A stretch of 50,115 nucleotides of DNA from Patescibacteria group bacterium. GTDB lineage: Bacteria > Patescibacteriota > Microgenomatia > UBA8517. This document shows, piece by piece, positions 36,066-44,632 of the stretch. Where the stretch lies: positions 60,977 through 111,091 of the forward strand of contig JBBTZT010000003.1 in assembly GCA_038061225.1 (NCBI GenBank), read 5' to 3'. A program made the position numbers and the translations under genes. The notes beneath the pieces were generated by a model, which did no database searches, was not told the origin of the DNA, and saw nothing but the letters and a program-made list of their open reading frames with translations. Numbering within the stretch: position 1 is the stretch's first letter; the number at the start of each line of letters is the position of its first letter.

Positions 36066-36689
36066 ATGCTTGGAATTAAAATTTTGGAAGAGAGAGAATC
36101 AAAATATAATGGGCATTTAAGAGTTGTTAAGACCTTGGGAATGGGAATATATATTCAAGCAGATGGACTTACACAGTCGGGTGGAATAGTAGAAAGAATC
36201 TGGAAACAAACACTCAATCAAATTACTATTCACAAATCACCAGTCACTAACTGTTTAGTTTTAGGTCTTGGTGGTGGAACACTCGCAAAACTTCTTCGTA
36301 AAAAATATCCAAATGCGAAAATAACTGGGGTTGAAATTGACTCAATAATGATTGAACTTGGTAAAAAATATTTGAATTTAGATAAATATAATATAGATAT
36401 TAAAATTCAGGATGCAATTGATTTTTTGAAAAAAAACAAAAAAAGATACGATTTGTTAATAGTAGATACTTATTTAGGAGATAAAGTTGTAGAAATCACA
36501 GGGTTGCACCCTGCTATTGCCGAAATTACGGTATTTAATAGATTATATTTTGGTGACAAAAGACCAGATACAGTTAGATTTGGAGATAAATTAGAAAAAA
36601 TTTATAAGCAAAGCTTGCCACTTCGTGGTAAAAAAGTAACTTGGTTTTATCCAGAAGCAAACCTTATGTTTATTTGCTACAATAGTTAG
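36066..36689 (+). CDS. Spermidine-synthase-like class I SAM-dependent methyltransferase fold protein
   Basis: LVLGLGGG, GVEID, DAIDF, YDLLIVD. Confidence 0.85.
   Translation: MLGIKILEERESKYNGHLRVVKTLGMGIYIQADGLTQSGGIVERIWKQTLNQITIHKSPVTNCLVLGLGGGTLAKLLRKKYPNAKITGVEIDSIMIELGKKYLNLDKYNIDIKIQDAIDFLKKNKKRYDLLIVDTYLGDKVVEITGLHPAIAEITVFNRLYFGDKRPDTVRFGDKLEKIYKQSLPLRGKKVTWFYPEANLMFICYNS
36223..36250. repeat. Heptamer tandem repeat (TCACTAG-like x4) in the methyltransferase gene
   Basis: ttactat tcacaaa tcaccag tcactaa. Confidence 0.65.
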
Positions 36690-36696
36690 GCTTAAC

Positions 36697-39336
36697 ATGT
36701 TTAAAAACTTATTCAAATTTTTAGATTTAAACCAAAGAGAAATAGATAAATTAGGAAAAACTGTTGCTTTAATTAATGCTTCTGAATCAAAGTTCAAAAA
36801 CATAAAAGATACTGATTTTAAAAAAGAAACTGAGAAGTTAAAAAAACTAGTTTCTAGTGACCAGTCGCTAGTGTCTATTCTGCCACAGGCCTTTGCCCTT
36901 ACTAGAGAAGCTTCGTCACGAGTTTTAGGTCAACGTCATTATGACGTTCAATTAATGGCAGCAGTGGCTCTTTTTGAAGGTAAAATAGTTGAACAAAAAA
37001 CAGGTGAGGGTAAAACATTATCTGCTGTTCCTGCACTCTATTTACGAGCATTGACTGGGAAAGGCGTACATCTTGTTACAGTCAACGATTTTTTAGCAAG
37101 ACTTGGTGCTGGTTGGAATGCTCCCATTTTTGAAAAGCTAGGACTGACTGTTGGTGTTATCATACAAGAAAATAAATCTTTTATATACGATTCTGGTTTT
37201 ACTGATAATACTCATGGTGATGAAAGACTTGCTCATTTAAAACCATGCTCAAGAAAAGAGGCATATGACTGTGATGTTACATACGGAACAAATAATGAAT
37301 TTGGTTTTGATTATTTGAGAGATAATATGGTTCAGAGTCTTTCTGAAATGGTTCAGAGGGAACATTACTTTGCAATAGTTGATGAAGTTGATTCCATTTT
37401 AATTGATGAAGCTAGAACACCACTTATAATTTCAGCACCAGATACTGAACCAACTCAAAAATATTATCAGTTTGCAGCTATTGTAGATAAATTACAACTT
37501 GATACAGATTTTAAAATTGATGAAAAAGCAAAAAGTGCTTCATTAACTGAAACTGGAATTAGTAAGGTAGAAAAAATACTTGGTGTTGATAATTTATATG
37601 AAAAAGATTTTGAAAGTATTCATCATATTGAAAATGCTCTGCGGGCAAGAAGCCTTTATCTTAAAGATAGAGATTATGTAGTAAATGATAGTGGGGTAAC
37701 AATAGTTGATGAATTTACAGGAAGGCTAATGGTTGGTAGAAGATGGAGTGATGGATTACACCAAGCAGTTGAGGCAAAAGAAGGAGTTGTCATCCAGCAA
37801 GAGAGTAAAACATTGGCAACTATTTCGTTTCAAAATTACTTCAGAATGTATGAGCATTTATCAGGTATGACAGGAACCGCAGTTACTGAAGCTGAAGAAT
37901 TTAAAAAAATATATAAACTTGATGTTGTAGCAATTCCAACAAATAGAGAAAATGTCAGAATTGATGAAGGAGATTTAATTTACAAAACCCTTTCAGGAAA
38001 ATACAGTGCAATAGTTAATGATGTAGAAGAAAAATATAAATATGGTCAACCAGTTTTGATTGGTACCACTTCAATAGATAAAAACGTAATAATTTCTGAT
38101 CTCTTAAAAAGAAAAAAAATTCCACACAATGTCTTAAATGCTAAAAATCATGAAAGGGAAGCTGAAATTATAGCTAATGCAGGAAAACTTAAAGCCATAA
38201 CAGTTGCAACTAATATGGCTGGTCGTGGAGTTGATATTATTTTAGGTGGAGCAGTACCTGAATCAAAAAAAGACATTCAAAAATGGGAGAGAGCACATCA
38301 TGATGTTGTAAATGTTGGAGGACTTCATGTTGTTGGAACTGAAAGACACGAATCAAGAAGAATTGACAATCAATTAAGAGGACGTGCAGGAAGACAAGGA
38401 GACCCTGGTTCATCAAAGTTTTATCTCTCCTTAGAGGATGATCTAATGAGAATTTTTGGAGGAGAACAAATAAAATCCTTGATGGATAAATTAAATATTC
38501 CAGATGATCAGCCGATTGAAAATTCACTAGTAAGTCGTGCTATAGAACAATCACAAGTTAAGGTTGAAGGATTTCATTTTGATACCAGAAAAAGATTGGT
38601 GGAATTTGACGATGTTGCCAACCAACAAAGAGAGATCGTCTACGCCGTAAGAAAAAAGGTTTTAGCAAGTGATAATTTAAAAGATGAGATAATTGAAAAA
38701 TTAGGTATTCATGCAGGAAGAATAACGCAAGGCGAGGTAGAAGAAATAGATTATGATTCTCTCGTTGCAGGATTTTTAGAAGTTATTCCTTTTGATTCTG
38801 TTTCAACAAAGAAATTTAAAATAGAGCTTCAGAAAAGAAAATCTGCACAAGCAGTAGAAGAATTTGTAGAAAAAGTTTTTACTGATATGTATAAATCAAG
38901 AGAAGAACAAGTAGGACCTGAAACTATGCGACAAATTGAGAAATACGCATATTTAGGATCGATTGATCATCATTGGATTGAACATATTGACACAATTGAT
39001 GATTTAAGAGGTGCAATTGGGTTACGTGCCTATGGCCAACGCGATCCATTGGTTGAATTTAAGGGTGAAGCATATGAAATGTTTGAAAATTTAAACAAAA
39101 GAATTGATGAAGAGGTTGTAAGACGTATATTTAGAATTGGTGTAAATACTAATCAATCAGAAATTCCAACAAATTTGATGAGAGAAAATATTGATACAAA
39201 AGACGGTACTGGTTTGGCAAGTAACACGTCACCCGTAACCCGTAACTCAAAAACTGGTAAATTAGGTAGAAACGATCCTTGCTGGTGTGGTAGTGGAAAA
39301 AAATGGAAAAAATGCCACTATCCAAAAGTTGGATAA
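36697..39336 (+). CDS. secA: Preprotein translocase subunit SecA
   Basis: KTGEGKT, GFDYLRDNM, DEVDSILIDEARTPLIIS, TNMAGRG, QLRGRAGRQGDPG, SEC-C motif GRNDPCWCGSGKKWKKCH. Confidence 0.98.
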   Translation: MFKNLFKFLDLNQREIDKLGKTVALINASESKFKNIKDTDFKKETEKLKKLVSSDQSLVSILPQAFALTREASSRVLGQRHYDVQLMAAVALFEGKIVEQKTGEGKTLSAVPALYLRALTGKGVHLVTVNDFLARLGAGWNAPIFEKLGLTVGVIIQENKSFIYDSGFTDNTHGDERLAHLKPCSRKEAYDCDVTYGTNNEFGFDYLRDNMVQSLSEMVQREHYFAIVDEVDSILIDEARTPLIISAPDTEPTQKYYQFAAIVDKLQLDTDFKIDEKAKSASLTETGISKVEKILGVDNLYEKDFESIHHIENALRARSLYLKDRDYVVNDSGVTIVDEFTGRLMVGRRWSDGLHQAVEAKEGVVIQQESKTLATISFQNYFRMYEHLSGMTGTAVTEAEEFKKIYKLDVVAIPTNRENVRIDEGDLIYKTLSGKYSAIVNDVEEKYKYGQPVLIGTTSIDKNVIISDLLKRKKIPHNVLNAKNHEREAEIIANAGKLKAITVATNMAGRGVDIILGGAVPESKKDIQKWERAHHDVVNVGGLHVVGTERHESRRIDNQLRGRAGRQGDPGSSKFYLSLEDDLMRIFGGEQIKSLMDKLNIPDDQPIENSLVSRAIEQSQVKVEGFHFDTRKRLVEFDDVANQQREIVYAVRKKVLASDNLKDEIIEKLGIHAGRITQGEVEEIDYDSLVAGFLEVIPFDSVSTKKFKIELQKRKSAQAVEEFVEKVFTDMYKSREEQVGPETMRQIEKYAYLGSIDHHWIEHIDTIDDLRGAIGLRAYGQRDPLVEFKGEAYEMFENLNKRIDEEVVRRIFRIGVNTNQSEIPTNLMRENIDTKDGTGLASNTSPVTRNSKTGKLGRNDPCWCGSGKKWKKCHYPKVG

Positions 39337-39386
39337 TAATAATGACAAAGACAATTTGTTAATGTATAGTGTAATATTACAGAATT

Positions 39387-39938
39387 ATGCAAGAAGAAGA
39401 CAAACAAGTTGAGGACAATTCTACCAATAAATTTAATATATTTTCTTTTTTGGGATATTTTGTAGTTGTTGGTGTTGTTACCTATGGCCTTATTTATTTT
39501 TTAAAAAGTAAAGTAGTTGAAATAGCTCCACAAAATGTTTCTGCTATTGCAGAAAGTAGCCCAATAGTGGAAAATATTGCTACAGAAAGTAGTAAACCCA
39601 TGGAACAAAACGTAACAGAACTTAAAATTGAAGATTCTGTAGTAGGAACAGGTGAGGAAGCTATTAGTGGTAAAACTATTTCTGTTCATTACACAGGCAC
39701 TCTTACAAATGGTACTAAATTTGATAGTAGTAAAGATAGAGGCGAACCATTTGAATTTACTTTAGGTGCAGGCCAAGTAATTAAAGGTTGGGATCAAGGA
39801 TTTGTTGGTATGAAAGTTGGAGGAAAAAGAAAATTAATAATTCCATCAAGTTTGGGATATGGTGAACAAGGTGCAGGGGGAGTAATTCCTCCAAATGCAA
39901 CTTTAATTTTTGAAGTTGAATTACTTGGAGTCAAATAA
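39387..39938 (+). CDS. FKBP-type peptidyl-prolyl isomerase with N-terminal TM
   Basis: [33 protein letters not shown]. Confidence 0.95.
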   Translation: MQEEDKQVEDNSTNKFNIFSFLGYFVVVGVVTYGLIYFLKSKVVEIAPQNVSAIAESSPIVENIATESSKPMEQNVTELKIEDSVVGTGEEAISGKTISVHYTGTLTNGTKFDSSKDRGEPFEFTLGAGQVIKGWDQGFVGMKVGGKRKLIIPSSLGYGEQGAGGVIPPNATLIFEVELLGVK

Positions 39939-39966
39939 TTTAGTTAAATTGTGATATTATTGATAT

Positions 39967-40578
39967 ATGCCAAAAGATAAATCTGCTAAAAGTGAAAGTA
40001 AAAAAGTAGTAGTAGTCGAAGAAGTTGAAGCCACTGTTGAAACTCCAATTGTTGAATCCAAGCCAGAACCTGAGGTTAAGATTGAAACTGAAGTAGTTGA
40101 AGAAGAAGAAAAATCAAGTTATCTATGGATTATAATTCCAACAGCTCTTTTAGTTGGTGCGTTAGTTGGTGGATTAATCACATACTTTTCTGGAATTTCT
40201 CGTCTTTCTAAAGAGGATCAAACGTTAGCTCCATCTGCAACAGTTGAACCTGCTATAGAACCAACACCAACGGCCTCTCCATCATCATCTTTAAAAAGAG
40301 AACAAATAAAATTGCAGGTATTAAATGGTAGTGGAATCTCAGGTTTTGCAGGAAAAGCAAAAACTTATTTAGAAGGATTAGGTTATAAAGATGTTATGAC
40401 AGGAAATGCAAAAACTTCAGATTTTACTAATACTGTTATTTCTGTTAAAGATAGTAAAAAAGAATTATTAGAGACAATTAAAACTGATTTATCTAAAAAT
40501 TATCAAGTAACAGAAAAAACAGAAACGCTTCCTGCTTCAAGTAAATATGATTTTGTAATAACTCTTGGTAGTAAATGA
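39967..40578 (+). CDS. LytR C-terminal domain membrane protein
   Basis: TM, P/T linker, QVLNGSGISGFAG, GNA, DFVITLG. Confidence 0.85.
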   Translation: MPKDKSAKSESKKVVVVEEVEATVETPIVESKPEPEVKIETEVVEEEEKSSYLWIIIPTALLVGALVGGLITYFSGISRLSKEDQTLAPSATVEPAIEPTPTASPSSSLKREQIKLQVLNGSGISGFAGKAKTYLEGLGYKDVMTGNAKTSDFTNTVISVKDSKKELLETIKTDLSKNYQVTEKTETLPASSKYDFVITLGSK

Positions 40579-40652
40579 AAATCCCACCTAATGGAAAAAT
40601 TAAAGGGGTCTTGACAAAGCACTATGATTATAGGTATACTCGGCCGACAGAT

Positions 40653-41291
40653 ATGGAAGAACAATCAACACAAAGTGAAGTAGCACAACAAGGCCCACCT
40701 CAGGCTTCAAGTTTTCAGACACCTGCGAAGGCTAAAAGTTCGAGTTCAAAATGGGTAATTATTTTTATAGGTCTTTTAATTCTTGGAGGTGCAGGAATAT
40801 TTTTCTTTACTAAATCAAGTGGTGAAGCTATCCCATCACCTACACCTTCGTTTGGAGTAGTTCCAATAGAAGAAAAAACAAATGAATCAACGCCTATTCC
40901 AACAAAATCTCCAGAACCAATTAATAGAGAAACTGTTTCAATTGAAGTTTTAAACGGTACAGGAATATCAGGTGAAGCAAAATTATTAACAGATAAATTA
41001 AAAACATTAGGATATTCCGATATAACAGCAGGAAATGCAGAAACTTCGGATAATACTGAAGCTACAGTTACTTTTTCAAAGACCTTGTCTCAATCAGTTC
41101 AAGACGAAATTAAAAAAGAATTGGATGGTTTTTATAAAACAGTAAATATAAAAACATCTTCAACACAAAAATCAGATATAGTAATAGTTACAGGTTTAAG
41201 AGGAAATCAAACCGCAAAACCTGCAAGTACACCTACACCAACAGCCTCTCCATCTGCTACACCTACACCAACAGCCTCTTCTGCAACCTAA
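40653..41291 (+). CDS. LytR C-terminal domain membrane protein (paralog)
   Basis: TM, EVLNGTGISGEA, GNA, DIVIVTG, PT-rich tail. TTGACA-18-TATACT at 40611-40640 supports start 40653. Confidence 0.85.
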   Translation: MEEQSTQSEVAQQGPPQASSFQTPAKAKSSSSKWVIIFIGLLILGGAGIFFFTKSSGEAIPSPTPSFGVVPIEEKTNESTPIPTKSPEPINRETVSIEVLNGTGISGEAKLLTDKLKTLGYSDITAGNAETSDNTEATVTFSKTLSQSVQDEIKKELDGFYKTVNIKTSSTQKSDIVIVTGLRGNQTAKPASTPTPTASPSATPTPTASSAT

Positions 41292-41322
41292 ACTAATTAA
41301 CAGATAGTATATAATTAGTTAT

Positions 41323-41781
41323 ATGCAAATTATTGGAACTTTATTTCAAAATGTTGTGTCTTTTTTTTCAAATTTTTCTGTTGCTCCTACATATATAAAA
41401 GCTGGGGCAATAATTGTTTTAATATTTTTATTAATAATTGTTTTAGCTCAGTTTAGACACCACTTTGTTAAATGGTCCTTAAAGGGAGGTTTAATGGGTT
41501 TATTTTTTGGATTTTTACTTGCTTTATTTTTAGAAGGGTTTTTGTTAATTGCTGGTAGGACCGCAGTAACTGAATTATTAGGTTGGAAAAATGCTCCAAA
41601 ACCAATTAAAACAGCGCTTGACATAGGCCATCAGAAACTTATCAATGTATTAGGTACAAGTGAACAAATTAATAAAACGTATGCATCAACAAATCCAACA
41701 ATAGAAGATGCTCTAAATACTCTTCAAGATCTAGACCCTGTCGAAATAATTAAAATTAAGGCTATAATATGTCAACCTTGA
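41323..41781 (+). CDS. Hypothetical membrane protein
   Basis: 152-aa ORF, two TM segments, TATAAT 7 nt upstream. Confidence 0.75.
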   Translation: MQIIGTLFQNVVSFFSNFSVAPTYIKAGAIIVLIFLLIIVLAQFRHHFVKWSLKGGLMGLFFGFLLALFLEGFLLIAGRTAVTELLGWKNAPKPIKTALDIGHQKLINVLGTSEQINKTYASTNPTIEDALNTLQDLDPVEIIKIKAIICQP

Positions 41782-41815
41782 CAATATTTGTATTGAAGTG
41801 ATACAATAATTGTAT
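41778..41815 (+). promoter_or_regulatory. TA promoter with three alternating TTGTAT/ATACAA boxes
   Basis: TTGACA (41778-41783), 18 nt, TACAAT (41802-41807); boxes at 41788-41793, 41801-41806, 41810-41815. Confidence 0.7.
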
Positions 41816-42128
41816 GAGCACAGCAACTATAAATATATCTTTACCAACATCTATGTTAAATGATGCTAAATCAGTAACAAAGTTTGAAGGTTTCACCTCA
41901 ATTAGTGAATTAATACGCCATGCTTTAAGACAAGTTTTGTATCCATCAGGTTTAACAGTTAATGGTTTTACGCCAGAATTTGAAGATGCAGTTTTAGAAG
42001 CTGCTAAAGAGCCTGTTTCTAAAGATATGGTTTTTGAAACAGAAAAAGAGATTCATGACTACTTTATTAATTTGAAGATACCCTCTAAAATTAAAAAGAC
42101 AAATGTTAAAAATTCGGTTAGACGGTAA
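41814..42128 (+). CDS. Ribbon-helix-helix antitoxin
   Basis: TINISLP...GFTSISELIRHALR; directly upstream of the toxin. Confidence 0.82.
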   Translation: MSTATINISLPTSMLNDAKSVTKFEGFTSISELIRHALRQVLYPSGLTVNGFTPEFEDAVLEAAKEPVSKDMVFETEKEIHDYFINLKIPSKIKKTNVKNSVRR

Positions 42129-42384
42129 TTTCCATTCAGATTACAAGCAGTTTATTGACAGCTATCCATCGTTAGTTAAAGACGTTGATCAAAGAGTTGG
42201 ATGGTTTGTTAAAAATCCAGATGATTCAAGACTTGAAAATCATGCTTTAAGGAAACGTATGAAAGGAAAATTTGCCTTTAGCATAACTGGAGACATGAGA
42301 ATTGTTTATGAATGGTTAGGCAAAAAAACAGTAAGATTTTTAGCAATAGGTGGACACAATAAAGTGTATACTCAATCAAGATGA
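42103..42384 (+). CDS. YafQ/RelE-family mRNA interferase toxin
   Basis: LENHAL, FSITGDMRIVY, FLAIGGH-x-x-VY. Confidence 0.88.
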   Translation: MLKIRLDGNFHSDYKQFIDSYPSLVKDVDQRVGWFVKNPDDSRLENHALRKRMKGKFAFSITGDMRIVYEWLGKKTVRFLAIGGHNKVYTQSR

Positions 42385-43460
42385 TAAATTCAGATGTAAA
42401 CATAGAAGAGTTAAATGAAAAGTTAAAAAATTTGAAAGTTGTTTTAGATATTCCTAAAAAAGAATTGGAATTAAAAAAACTGGAAAGTTTGTCTACTGAT
42501 CCCAAACTTTGGGATGATCAAGATAATGCTAGAATGGTTTTGCAAAATTTATCTAATTTAAAAGATGAGCTTAATGAAATTAAAGAAGTTTCAGATACTC
42601 TTGAAATTTTAAATGAAATTGAAGACTCCAAAGAACTAAATAAATTGGTAAAACAGATTTCAAAACTTGAACTTAAATCATATTTATCTGGTTCATATGA
42701 TAATAAAAGCGCAATTATTACAATTCATGCAGGACAAGGCGGAACTGAGGCAATGGATTGGGTATCTATGCTTTTTCGTATGTATCTAAGATATTGTGAA
42801 AAAAAAGGATTTACCACAGAAACAATTGATTCAACTTCTGGAGAAGAAGCAGGTTTAAAAAGTGTCACCTTTGAGGTAACAGGAAGATATGCATATGGTT
42901 ATTTAAAGAAAGAAGCAGGAACGCACAGGCTTGTTCGTCAATCTCCCTTTAATGCCAATGATTTAAGACAAACTTCATTTGCCTTAGTTGAAGTTTTACC
43001 TGATATAGAAGCTTCAGATTTACCAGAAGTTCAAATAAAAGATGAAGAACTTGATTGGCAATTTACTAGAGCGGGTGGACATGGAGGACAGAATGTTAAT
43101 AAAGTGAGTACTGCAGTAAGACTTACTCACCTTCCAACTGGGATAGTAATAACGGCAAGAACTGAAAGATTTCAGGAACAAAACAGAAAAATAGCACTAG
43201 GCCTTCTTCGCGCCAAACTTTGGATTAGGCAACAAGAAATTGAAAAAAATAACTTAAAGGATATTAAAGGAGAATATAAACCGGCAAGCTGGGGCAACCA
43301 AATCCGTTCTTACGTATTGCATCCATACAAGATGGTTAAGGATTTAAGAACTGAAGTAGAATCAAGTAATCCTGACTCAGTTTTAGATGGCGAACTTGAC
43401 GAATTTATCGAAGCAGAGTTGAAATTGCAGGACACTTGCAAGGTCAGACCTTTAAAGTAA
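42381..43460 (+). CDS. prfB: Peptide chain release factor 2 (no programmed frameshift)
   Basis: GQGGTEAMDW, HRLVRQSPF (SPF), GGQNVNK, WGNQIRSYV; one continuous ORF. Confidence 0.97.
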   Translation: MINSDVNIEELNEKLKNLKVVLDIPKKELELKKLESLSTDPKLWDDQDNARMVLQNLSNLKDELNEIKEVSDTLEILNEIEDSKELNKLVKQISKLELKSYLSGSYDNKSAIITIHAGQGGTEAMDWVSMLFRMYLRYCEKKGFTTETIDSTSGEEAGLKSVTFEVTGRYAYGYLKKEAGTHRLVRQSPFNANDLRQTSFALVEVLPDIEASDLPEVQIKDEELDWQFTRAGGHGGQNVNKVSTAVRLTHLPTGIVITARTERFQEQNRKIALGLLRAKLWIRQQEIEKNNLKDIKGEYKPASWGNQIRSYVLHPYKMVKDLRTEVESSNPDSVLDGELDEFIEAELKLQDTCKVRPLK

Positions 43461-43483
43461 AATCAGTAAAAAGGTCTGACCTT
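43440..43483. repeat. REP-like double palindrome, copy 3 (spans the prfB stop codon)
   Basis: aaggtcagacctt (43440-43452), 18-nt spacer, aaggtctgacctt (43471-43483). Confidence 0.88.
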
Positions 43484-43516
43484 AACAGAAGTTAAAAAAT
43501 GTGTTATGATTTTTAT

Positions 43517-43951
43517 ATGGAAAGTACACTTAATCCAATTAGTAGCCCATCTCATCTTAAGAAGAATTTAGTCTTAGGTGCAATTTCAGTTGTAGTTGTT
43601 CTTCTTGGGATTGGCACAGGCTATTTATTTTCAGGTGTTGGTAAGAAAACTCCTGCAATAGGTACAACTGGTGAAATTAAAGTTACTAAAAATGAAGCAG
43701 GGATTGCTGATGAATCAAAATTTTCAACTACAACAGATGGTGTTTTGGAAGAAGGTGGAATTAGTGGAGAAGGAACTTATCATTTAGTTCGTGGCAATGG
43801 TCCTTCCCAGTATGCCTATCTAACATCAAGCGTCATTGATCTTAGTGCTTTTACAGGTAAAAAAGTTCAAATTTGGGGAGAAACGGTTTCTGGCAAAAAA
43901 GCTGGCTGGCTAATTGATGTCGGCAAAATTAAAGTGGTGGAGGGAGAATGA
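43517..43951 (+). CDS. Hypothetical membrane-anchored protein, first gene of the ftsEX operon
   Basis: TM plus small beta-rich domain (EGTYHL, LTSSVIDL, GWLIDVG); TGtTATGAT 6 nt before ATG 43517. Confidence 0.75.
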   Translation: MESTLNPISSPSHLKKNLVLGAISVVVVLLGIGTGYLFSGVGKKTPAIGTTGEIKVTKNEAGIADESKFSTTTDGVLEEGGISGEGTYHLVRGNGPSQYAYLTSSVIDLSAFTGKKVQIWGETVSGKKAGWLIDVGKIKVVEGE

Positions 43952-44601
43952 TCACTTTTGACAATGTAACAAAATCCTTCGGATCAATAAAAGCACTAGA
44001 AGGTATTTCACTAGAGGTTAAAAATGGTGAGTTTGTGTTTTTAACAGGTCCATCAGGGGCTGGTAAAAGTACTGTTTTAAAAATGATATTACGAGAAGTT
44101 TTGCCGGATTCAGGCAAAGTTTTGTTTGAGGGCAAAAATGTAGCAGAAATAACAACTAAAGAAGTTCCATTTTTAAGACAACAAATGGGAATTGTTTTCC
44201 AAGATTTTAAAGTTTTATTTGAAAGAACAGTGGCTGAAAATGTTGAAGTTGCTCTAGCAGTTTCTGATGTAGCTCAAGATGAATGGGAAAAAAGAGTAAA
44301 ACATGTATTAAAACTTGTAGGGCTTTCAAATAGAGCAAAACTATTTCCTTCTCAACTCTCAGGTGGAGAACTACAAAGAGTTTCATTGGCACGAGCCTTA
44401 GTTATTAATCCTAAATTAATTTTAGCTGATGAGCCTACAGGAAATTTAGATTGGAAAACAGCTGAAGGAATTATGGATCTTTTGGAAAAAATTAACAAAG
44501 AAGGAAAAACTGTAATAATGGCAACACATCATGAGGGAATAATTAAGAATAGTAAACATAGAGTGATAGAATTAAAAGATGGCCGAATAATTGAAAATTG
44601 A
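43948..44601 (+). CDS. ftsE: Cell division ATP-binding protein FtsE
   Basis: GPSGAGKST, VFQDFK, LSGGELQRV, ADEPTGNLD, ATH; followed by ftsX. Confidence 0.95.
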   Translation: MITFDNVTKSFGSIKALEGISLEVKNGEFVFLTGPSGAGKSTVLKMILREVLPDSGKVLFEGKNVAEITTKEVPFLRQQMGIVFQDFKVLFERTVAENVEVALAVSDVAQDEWEKRVKHVLKLVGLSNRAKLFPSQLSGGELQRVSLARALVINPKLILADEPTGNLDWKTAEGIMDLLEKINKEGKTVIMATHHEGIIKNSKHRVIELKDGRIIEN

Positions 44602-44627
44602 AAATTGTAAATTGTAAATTAAAAATT
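44589..44627. repeat. Heptamer tandem repeat (AATTGWA) across the ftsE stop and intergenic gap
   Basis: aattgaa aattgaa aattgta aattgta aattaaa aatt. Confidence 0.8.
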
Positions 44628-44632
44628 ATTAT

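Noticed and set aside
41229-41288. 30-bp direct repeat, and P/T-rich tracts also at about 47115-47260
   Set aside because: Codon-phased repeats encoding ordinary Pro/Thr/Ser linkers of surface proteins.
7422-43483. Palindromic repeats as a CRISPR array
   Set aside because: Copies are dispersed over 36 kb with no repeat-spacer periodicity and no cas genes.
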